From: an uncultured bacterium
GTDB taxonomy: Bacteria; Margulisbacteria; WOR-1; CAVSGV01
Direction of reading: 5' to 3'
NCBI GenBank assembly: GCA_963699255.1
Contig: OY969425.1
Span: 270,001-302,000 of the forward strand
DNA length: 32,000 nt
The notes beneath the pieces are model-generated. The model was given only the letters and a program-made list of their open reading frames with translations. It searched no databases and was not told the DNA's origin. This document shows, in pieces, positions 8,604 through 15,181 of this stretch (position 1 is the stretch's first letter; every line of letters starts with the position of its first letter). Position numbers and translations under genes: made by a program.

Positions 8604-9887
8604 TTATTTTACATCCGCTGACGCAAGGAATTGCTTGTTAGACTTATATTCCTTCAGTCTTTCGATCAGCTGCTCCGTTGCTTCCGTGCCTTCATAGTTA
8701 TCAAGCACTTTCCTTAGCAGCCACACCTTCTTGAGCTCTTCTTCCGTCAGAAGGAGCTCTTCTCTTCTTGTCCCGGACATCCTTACATCTATCGCGGGGA
8801 AAATGCGTCTGTCAGCGAGCTTGCGGTTAAGATGGAGCTCCATATTGCCTGTTCCCTTGAATTCTTCATATATAACGTCATCCATTCTTGAGCCGGTCTC
8901 AACGAGCGCCGTTGCAAGGATCGAGAGGCTCCCGCCGTTCTCTATGTTCCTCGCTGCCCCGAAGAACCTTTTCGGCCGGTGAAGGCAGGTCGGATCAAGG
9001 CCGCCGGAAAGCGTCCTTCCGCTCGGAGGGGTTACAAGGTTATAGGCTCTCGCGAGACGCGTGATCGAGTCAAGAAGTATTACGACATGATTGCCCGCTT
9101 CAACCAGCCTTTTTGCCGATTCTATGAGAAGTTCAGATACCTTTATGTGATTCTCCGGCGGCTCGTCAAAAGTGGAGTATATGACCTCTCCTTTAACGGA
9201 GCGCTGCATATCGGTCACTTCCTCCGGGCGCTCGTCAACGAGCAAAACTTTGATAATAACTTCCGGATAATTTGCGGTAATGCTGTTCGCGATGTTCTTC
9301 AATATCGTGGTTTTCCCGGCTTTCGGAGGGGAAACTATCATTCCTCGCTGTCCTCTTCCGATCGGAGCAACAAGGTCGATCAGCCTTGACGCGACAGGGG
9401 CTTTGTCATACTCGAGGCGATACATTACATTCGGGAATATCGGAGTCAGATCCTCATAGGGGACCCTTTCCCTTGCGAGTTCCGGGTCAAGTCCGTTTAT
9501 GGCTTCAACTCTCAGAAGGCTGAAGTACTTTTCCCCTTCCTTCGGCGGCCTGACCTGGCCGGAAACAAGGTCTCCGTTAGTCATGTCGAACCGTCTTATC
9601 TGTGTTTGCGATACATATATATCTTCAGAGCTGGGCAGATATCCGCATGTGCGCAGGAACCCGTAGCCTTCCGGCAGGATCTCAAGTATTCCTTTTGCGA
9701 AGATCAGTCCGTTTGCCTGTGTTTTCGCCTCAAGTATCTTGAATATAAGATCATGCTTCCTGTACTGCCTGTAATTTGAAATGTTCAGTTCCTTTGCAAT
9801 GGTGTACAGATCAGCGGTGTTTTTTGCCTGCAGTTCCGCTATATCGGTCTTTGGCCCTTCAGTTTTTTGTCCTTCTTCTTTAGTCAT
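8604..9887 (-). CDS. rho: Transcription termination factor Rho
   Basis: 427 aa. It has the N-terminal Rho_N domain ([28 protein letters not shown]) and the RNA-binding GYGFLR motif. Walker A (PPKAGKTT) and conserved Q/R-loop blocks are present. A GGAGG Shine-Dalgarno sequence lies upstream. Confidence 0.96.
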   Translation of the reverse strand: MTKEEGQKTEGPKTDIAELQAKNTADLYTIAKELNISNYRQYRKHDLIFKILEAKTQANGLIFAKGILEILPEGYGFLRTCGYLPSSEDIYVSQTQIRRFDMTNGDLVSGQVRPPKEGEKYFSLLRVEAINGLDPELARERVPYEDLTPIFPNVMYRLEYDKAPVASRLIDLVAPIGRGQRGMIVSPPKAGKTTILKNIANSITANYPEVIIKVLLVDERPEEVTDMQRSVKGEVIYSTFDEPPENHIKVSELLIESAKRLVEAGNHVVILLDSITRLARAYNLVTPPSGRTLSGGLDPTCLHRPKRFFGAARNIENGGSLSILATALVETGSRMDDVIYEEFKGTGNMELHLNRKLADRRIFPAIDVRMSGTRREELLLTEEELKKVWLLRKVLDNYEGTEATEQLIERLKEYKSNKQFLASADVK

Positions 9888-10105
9888 TATTTTTCCTCCT
9901 CTTTCTCCTCACATCGAGCTCCCCTCCAATTTCATTGGAAAGGAAAAACATTAATCTTTAGTCACGTTTTCCTTCTCCTGCATAGCAGGAGAGGGGACAG
10001 GGTAAGGTTTTTACTTTATTTTGCATTATTTGCTGTGTAAATGAATTTTTTCATTGTGCCGTGCCTGCCGGCAGGGGAGACTTGAGAATTTGCTGATCTT
10101 TTATC

Positions 10106-10134
10106 ATATTAATCGGTAATCGTGTCTTTGTCAA
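10106..10134 (-). promoter_or_regulatory. Sigma70-type promoter for rho (long leader)
   Basis: On the minus strand: consensus TTGACA (10129-10134), a 17-nt spacer, then TAATAT (10106-10111). It lies about 210 nt upstream of the rho ATG. Confidence 0.5.
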
Positions 10135-10169
10135 GCCCTAAAAGAATGCTTTCAGCATCTCTTTAGGGC
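10135..10169 (-). terminator. Candidate terminator hairpin ending the fibre operon
   Basis: Imperfect 35-nt hairpin. The outer stem is GCCCTAAA/TTTAGGGC and the inner stem is ATGCT/AGCAT with a 3-nt loop. It sits 48 nt after the 10217 stop. A second hairpin lies at 10173-10205. There is no clear U-tract, so confidence is modest. Confidence 0.35.
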
Positions 10170-10216
10170 AAGCCCCGAATGAATGCCCGCGTCATCTCAT
10201 CGGGGCAGGCGCGAAG

Positions 10217-11989
10217 TTACGGCGTAACGCCGGCGAAACTCTTGTAATCCTCCATCTCTTTTTCAAACATTCCTGAACGATAGAGCATTTCTATCAGATC
10301 CCCCATAGTGGCTGTCTCTTCAGGCGATCTGCCTGCCAGATATTCCAGAAGGCTGGCCTCATCCACATTTGTCGCTTTCGAAACATATCGCGCGGATTCC
10401 GCCCTTGTGACAGACCGGTCAGGCTTAAAAGTGCCGTCTTCATAATCTGTCATGATGCCGGCAGATTTTACCGCATTTATGAAGCTCGCCGCCCAGTGCA
10501 TGCGGTTTACGTCTTTGGAGACCGTTTTCTGCGTCAGGCTTAGATCAAGTTTTTTGGCTTTTGACATTATCAGTGCCATCAGCCCCCTTGAGAGCGGCTT
10601 GTTCAGTTTGTAATCCTTTCCAAGATAGCCGTAAAGTTCCGTATAGATGACCATGTATGCGAAACTCTTATTTTTTACTTCGTTTATGCTCAGGTCGACG
10701 GGGACATAGAATCTTACTATCCTCCTTGGTATCTCGGCTTCCGAACTGTCCGTATCCCTTAATTTTATTTGTATCTCATTCTTACCTATATTAAGAGGGA
10801 CAGATGCTTCAAATGCTCCGCTGCCTGATACGGCCAGTTTATTGCCGTATATCCAGACATCTGTCACATCAGGATCCACAGTGCCGCTGAAAACCTGTTC
10901 GGTGTCCAGAGTGTACAGGTTGCCGGAAGGAATGAGTGATATCTTCTGCATGACCGTCTTGATCGCGGCGACCTTTTCTGGCGCTGCGGCCGGGGCCGGG
11001 GCTTCTTTTGCAGGCGCGGCTGCCGGCGCAAAAACGGGCGCGCTGTAGAAAGTAAGGGAAACAATATTGGAAGCGATGTTCGTCTGGGCGTAATTCTGCA
11101 GGTATGCAAGATCGATCTTTACCCCTGAATAATCAAAGCCAAGACCAAAAGTAGTGTTGTTCGTCAGTTGCCCGCCGATCGCGGAGCTCGCCTCTTGATT
11201 ATAGCCGGCCCTGAGACTCAAATTCGGATGGACCTTCCATTCCGCGCCAAAGTGCATGGGCCAGGGAACATTGTCTCCGCCAAGGAACATATCCTCATCA
11301 AGCGCGAATTTTGCATTATACTCCAGCCACTGGAACGCCATCCCTATTTTCGTGATGAACGGCATGTCCTCCGTTTCAAAATCCCCGTAGATCTTTGACC
11401 CGCCGATAACGTTTTGGAGGTTCAATCCGTAGGATATCCACTTTTCCGGGGTGTATTTTAATCCAAGGTCAATGTTATAACCCGAGCCGGACCCGTTGAC
11501 GTCGCCGGTGTATCCTTTAGAGTAATATTTTAATGTCGCGCCGCCGTACATGTTCGGCTCATTTCCTGTGGATGGCCCGATCGATCCAAGCTCTTTTCCG
11601 TAGGACAGGACCAGGGCCTGGTTATAGAAATTTGTTGTGCCTGTAGTGCCTCCACCTGAAACATCAATGCCGTTTATTTTTGACGCGACATATCCTATCC
11701 CGAAAACACCCGATGTGGTAGGGATGACGCCGCAAAACATCGTATATTGATATTCATTCAGGAAATTTGAGCTCATCGTGGATATCTGCCAGCTTTTCTG
11801 GCTTCCGAGACCTGCGGGATTCATGAACATGGCGTTCACGTCATCCGCGACCGCAACAAATGCTTTGCCCATGCCCAGCGGGCGGGCCCCGATTCCGACG
11901 GCAATGGGATCGTCATAATAAACGATGCACCAGCAGTTTGCGGAGTACAGGATTAAAAAAGTAGATACCGCTACAAGGAGTTTTTTCAC
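10217..11989 (-). CDS. PorV/PorQ (FadL-like) family outer-membrane beta-barrel protein fused to a C-terminal SLH domain
   Basis: 590 aa with a signal peptide (MKKLLVAVSTFLILYSA). The N-terminal block GIGARPLGMGKAFVAVADDVNAMFMNPAGLG is the signature opening of PorV/PorQ/FadL-type barrels. Aromatic-rich alternating beta-strand sequence runs to about aa 315. An Ala/Pro linker follows (APVFAPAAAPAKEAPAPAAAPEK), then an Ig-like region of about 100 aa, then one SLH domain. Confidence 0.7.
   Translation of the reverse strand: MKKLLVAVSTFLILYSANCWCIVYYDDPIAVGIGARPLGMGKAFVAVADDVNAMFMNPAGLGSQKSWQISTMSSNFLNEYQYTMFCGVIPTTSGVFGIGYVASKINGIDVSGGGTTGTTNFYNQALVLSYGKELGSIGPSTGNEPNMYGGATLKYYSKGYTGDVNGSGSGYNIDLGLKYTPEKWISYGLNLQNVIGGSKIYGDFETEDMPFITKIGMAFQWLEYNAKFALDEDMFLGGDNVPWPMHFGAEWKVHPNLSLRAGYNQEASSAIGGQLTNNTTFGLGFDYSGVKIDLAYLQNYAQTNIASNIVSLTFYSAPVFAPAAAPAKEAPAPAAAPEKVAAIKTVMQKISLIPSGNLYTLDTEQVFSGTVDPDVTDVWIYGNKLAVSGSGAFEASVPLNIGKNEIQIKLRDTDSSEAEIPRRIVRFYVPVDLSINEVKNKSFAYMVIYTELYGYLGKDYKLNKPLSRGLMALIMSKAKKLDLSLTQKTVSKDVNRMHWAASFINAVKSAGIMTDYEDGTFKPDRSVTRAESARYVSKATNVDEASLLEYLAGRSPEETATMGDLIEMLYRSGMFEKEMEDYKSFAGVTP
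10370..10520 (-). other. S-layer homology (SLH) domain within the OM barrel protein
   Basis: KDVNRMHWAASFINAVKSAGIMTDYEDGTFKPDRSVTRAESARYVSKA matches the SLH consensus (DV...HWA...I....G...GY.DG.F.P....TRAE.A). There is a single copy, located at the C-terminus. Confidence 0.75.
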
Positions 11990-11993
11990 GGTG

Positions 11994-12863
11994 TTATTGG
12001 CGGAAGACCGCGACCTTTACTCGGCCAAGCTCTCTGGTGCTGCCGCCAGCATTTGAAACGATGCTGAGGACATAAACGCCTGTAGGCACCTGTTCATTGA
12101 AATAGGTCAGCGCATTCCAGGGGACGGCGTTATCTCCGGCAGAACCGCCGTTCTCTCCCGCGGGGATCGTTTTTTGCCAGATAAGCGCGCCTTTCTGGTT
12201 GAACAGATACAGCGATATTGTCGCCGCGGTATTGAGCTTATATTTTATCATTGTCGGACCCGTGGAAGGATTGAACGGATTTGGATCGTTGGACGGAGTA
12301 CCTATTATATCCACCTGACCCGGAGATTGAACGGTGAATCCGCCGGCCAGAACGCCGATCTTGCCGTAGCCCACGTTCGTGACCAGAACGTTCCTTGGTC
12401 CGACAGCGGCATTGTTCAGGTCAAAAGTGCACTCCATGCTCGTTGAACTTTCGATCGTGACCGTTGTCCCGTTAATGGTCGGCTGGCTCGGGCCGGTCAA
12501 GCTCGCTGTAGCGTCAGTGGAGATCAAGTAGCCGTTGATCACGACCCTGTATGACGCGTTGTTGTAACCTGCGTGCGGATCGATCTTTTTTACTACGGGA
12601 GTTTCTGCCGTGCTGAATGCGCCGGTCCCGTATACCACTCCAATGAACCTGCCTTCAAGCGTAAAACCTGGGCTCGTGGTGATCTGAGGAACGTTATCCC
12701 GCAGCTTGCCGATGAGCCTGTAACCGGATGATTCTATGGATGCGCCCCCAAGGTCCATGACTTCGGCGGATATCGCGTAGTTCGCGCTGGTGGCGGCTTG
12801 AGCGCCGCAACACCAGAAAAACATCAATAAGATCAATACAGACTTTTTTATTTTTGTCATCAA
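11994..12863 (-). CDS. Secreted protein with IPT/Ig-like middle domain and T9SS-type (FlgD-Ig/Por_Secre_tail-like) C-terminal domain
   Basis: 289 aa with a signal peptide (cleavage around AQA-AT). An N-terminal SANYAISAEVMDLGGASIESSGYRL motif is present. The C-terminus begins PNPFNPSTGPTMIKYKL...ISLYLFNQKGALIWQ...PTGVYVLSIV...KVAVFRQ, the characteristic layout of T9SS type-A sorting / FlgD-Ig-like domains. Its stop lies 4 nt from the start of the barrel gene. Confidence 0.6.
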   Translation of the reverse strand: MMTKIKKSVLILLMFFWCCGAQAATSANYAISAEVMDLGGASIESSGYRLIGKLRDNVPQITTSPGFTLEGRFIGVVYGTGAFSTAETPVVKKIDPHAGYNNASYRVVINGYLISTDATASLTGPSQPTINGTTVTIESSTSMECTFDLNNAAVGPRNVLVTNVGYGKIGVLAGGFTVQSPGQVDIIGTPSNDPNPFNPSTGPTMIKYKLNTAATISLYLFNQKGALIWQKTIPAGENGGSAGDNAVPWNALTYFNEQVPTGVYVLSIVSNAGGSTRELGRVKVAVFRQ

Positions 12864-12886
12864 TATTGTTTTTTCATGATATGAAT

Positions 12887-14197
12887 TTATTTGTAAGCAC
12901 GAATAATTATCACTCCGTTCGCGCCGGCTCCGCCAGTTGCGGTATAGGTAGTGGTATTGGATCTTTGCGCGGAACCTCCCGCTCCGCCGCCTCCGTATAA
13001 CGAACCGGCTGTTCCTGTAGTGGCAGTATTGGTAGTAGCTATAAATACACTAGGGCTATGTGTGCTGAATAAGGAATTGCCGCCTGCGCCTGAAATACCG
13101 GAAGTAGATGACAGACGGTATCCCGCTCCGCCGGCGCCGCCCGGAATATTTATATCGCCAGTTGCTCCCGCTGTACCTCCTGCGCCGCCTGCGGCAGTTA
13201 AGGTAGTAGTTCCAGAGGCCATATTTGTACCTCCGCTGCCTCCATTTGCGGTAATAGCGGAAGCATTGAATTGAGTCGGGTTTCCTGCAGTGCCTACGGC
13301 AGTGCTGCCTCCTGCGCCGCCAGTTCCTACTGAGAAAGTATATGTAGTGCCCGGGCTGGTCGCGATACGCTTTATTGTGCATGCTCCGCCGCCTCCGCCT
13401 CCACCCACAGCTCCAGAGGGATTGGCACCAGTAGTACCGCCGGAACCGCCGCCGCCACCACCGATCAAAATAACTTCAATATCAGTTACGCCGGCGGGAA
13501 CAGTAAACGGGCTTGTGCTTGCCGTTGTTAATACTGCGATTCCGGAGAGAACCCCGAGATTTGTTAGGTTCGCTCCGCTGCCGGCAAAAGCAGTTGCGGT
13601 CACGGTTCCTATAAAATTCGCGTCGCCGCTTACGCCAAGAGTCGTGCTGAATGTACTGTATGTTCCGATAGATAATTTATTTTTAAAGGCGCAATAGGAA
13701 TCGCCAACGGAGAGGGAAGGATTGTCCGGATCCGCGGTTGCTCCGGAACCTCCGCCGATGTGAAATGAGGGGTCGCCTGTGCGCGCGCTCGCCGCCCTTG
13801 CTTCAAGTCTGATATTCCGCTGGCCTGATGTCACATCGGCGGTCTTGAAAATAAAATCGATCAGGGTGGTGGTAGGATCTGTCGATTCGTATATCGCGCC
13901 GTTTTCACCGTTCCTGTTGCGCAGGCGCAAGATGGATGAACCGTAGACGTCGCCGTCCTGACGCATGACCAATTCTTTGGAAGCGACAATAGTCCCGCCT
14001 TCCGTTGTGCCGACCCCGATATTTCCGTATACATCCAGCATCTGCACGGGATTTGTTTTTCCGATCGCCACCTGGGTGGTTACATCAACTGTGCCTATCA
14101 CGGTCAAGAACCCCTCGACCGACACATCTTTTGTTACGGCAAAAGCCGGAACAGAAACGATGCATATTATTAATATAAAAAATAGTATATTTTTCAT
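12887..14197 (-). CDS. Secreted glycine-rich repeat protein (paralogue 1), tail-fibre-like N-terminus
   Basis: 436 aa with signal peptide MKNILFFILIICIVSVPAFA. An N-terminal IGKTNPVQMLDVYGNIGVG motif is shared with the giant proteins. The FTVPAGVTDIEVILIGGGGGGSGG entry motif is followed by about 200 aa of Gly/Ala/Thr/Ser-rich sequence ending GVIIIRAYK. Confidence 0.6.
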   Translation of the reverse strand: MKNILFFILIICIVSVPAFAVTKDVSVEGFLTVIGTVDVTTQVAIGKTNPVQMLDVYGNIGVGTTEGGTIVASKELVMRQDGDVYGSSILRLRNRNGENGAIYESTDPTTTLIDFIFKTADVTSGQRNIRLEARAASARTGDPSFHIGGGSGATADPDNPSLSVGDSYCAFKNKLSIGTYSTFSTTLGVSGDANFIGTVTATAFAGSGANLTNLGVLSGIAVLTTASTSPFTVPAGVTDIEVILIGGGGGGSGGTTGANPSGAVGGGGGGGACTIKRIATSPGTTYTFSVGTGGAGGSTAVGTAGNPTQFNASAITANGGSGGTNMASGTTTLTAAGGAGGTAGATGDINIPGGAGGAGYRLSSTSGISGAGGNSLFSTHSPSVFIATTNTATTGTAGSLYGGGGAGGSAQRSNTTTYTATGGAGANGVIIIRAYK

Positions 14198-14221
14198 TCT
14201 GACAAAATTCTTACCGCGAAA

Positions 14222-15181
14222 TTAGTAATATACGATAACGAGTCCCGCAGCTCCGGCCCCGCCTGCTCCGCCATTCTCCTGGCCGCCGCCGCCACCGCCG
14301 CCGGGAGGAGTTCCTGCTCTTCCGGCAACGCCCCCTCCAGCGGCATTAGCGCCGGGGCCGCCAGCTCCGCCTGAACCGCCCATCGGGCTTCCGCCTCCTG
14401 TGCCGCCGCTGGCTCCATCAGCTGCTTGAGAATTTCCGCCTGTTCCGCCTGTGAGATTAATTGTCCCGCCTGATCCTGCGCCTCCTGCCCCGCCTGTAGT
14501 TGTGGCTCCTGTTGAACCGCCGGCACCCGTAAAAGTGGTTCCGCCGGCAAAACTGCTGTTGTTGCCGTTTGCTCCGGCGCCTCCGCCGGTTCCAACTGTT
14601 ACGGTCACACTAGCACCGCTTACACTTACAAGACCCGCGCTATAACCTCCGCCTCCGCCTCCGCCTCCGGATGTATTATTGCCTGCCGTTACTCCTCCTC
14701 CTCCTCCTCCCCAAACCTGAACGTAAACTTTACTTACTCCCGCAGGTCTTGTCCATGTTCCGCTGGATGTAAACACTTGTATGTTTTGCGGGACTCCTGT
14801 TCCAGGTACCCAGGCTCTGGTTTCTGACGCTGGGAGGGAAGACGCTTCAAAAGTCACTTTTTTAGTGTTGTCAGCGCCATTCTGGATATATGTGGAAGTA
14901 TCGGTCATGGTCTTATTTGTCAGGGTCTGTGTTTCCGCGGTCATTGCGAAGGTATCATTGGCGCCGGGATCCGATATGGTAAGCGTTCTTGCGGCAGCAG
15001 GGTTGTTCCAAAGAAGCGTGTAATTAGCCGTTGTCTGTTTGAACAGGATATTTGTGTTAAGGTCCAGCTGGCCTTCAATTGTGATATTGCCTGTTACGGC
15101 AAAAGCGCCGCATGAAAAAAATAATACAAGAAAAAAACAGGCAAAATTTCTTTTCATGAATATTCGCTCATAATAATTCAT
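14222..15181 (-). CDS. Secreted glycine-rich repeat protein (paralogue 2)
   Basis: 319 aa. The likely true start is the ATG at 15157 (MKRNFACFFLVLFFSCGAFA signal peptide). It contains the QTLTNKTMTD motif shared with the giant proteins. WTRPAGVSKVYVQVWGGGGGG then leads into a Gly-rich C-terminal half ending GLVIVYY. Confidence 0.6.
   Translation of the reverse strand: MNYYERIFMKRNFACFFLVLFFSCGAFAVTGNITIEGQLDLNTNILFKQTTANYTLLWNNPAAARTLTISDPGANDTFAMTAETQTLTNKTMTDTSTYIQNGADNTKKVTFEASSLPASETRAWVPGTGVPQNIQVFTSSGTWTRPAGVSKVYVQVWGGGGGGVTAGNNTSGGGGGGGGYSAGLVSVSGASVTVTVGTGGGAGANGNNSSFAGGTTFTGAGGSTGATTTGGAGGAGSGGTINLTGGTGGNSQAADGASGGTGGGSPMGGSGGAGGPGANAAGGGVAGRAGTPPGGGGGGGQENGGAGGAGAAGLVIVYY

Noticed and set aside
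8979-9389. Plus-strand 136-aa ORF inside rho, and the other short ORFs antisense to murF and rho
   Set aside because: They are contained within highly conserved, confidently identified genes on the opposite strand.
14194-14595. 133-aa minus-strand ORF overlapping the 319-aa Gly-rich gene in another frame
   Set aside because: Its low-complexity Ala/Glu/Gln composition arises from frame-shifted reading of GGN/GCN repeats. The in-frame 319-aa ORF has a signal peptide and a paralogue, and this ORF has neither.
12951-14645. Plus-strand Pro-rich ORFs (12951-13274, 13290-13697, 14451-14645) and the Arg-rich minus-strand ORF 13056-13382
   Set aside because: They are antisense or out-of-frame shadows of the Gly-rich coding sequence (GGN codons read as CCN/Pro on the opposite strand). 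They have no start context and no signal, and are fully contained in better-supported genes.
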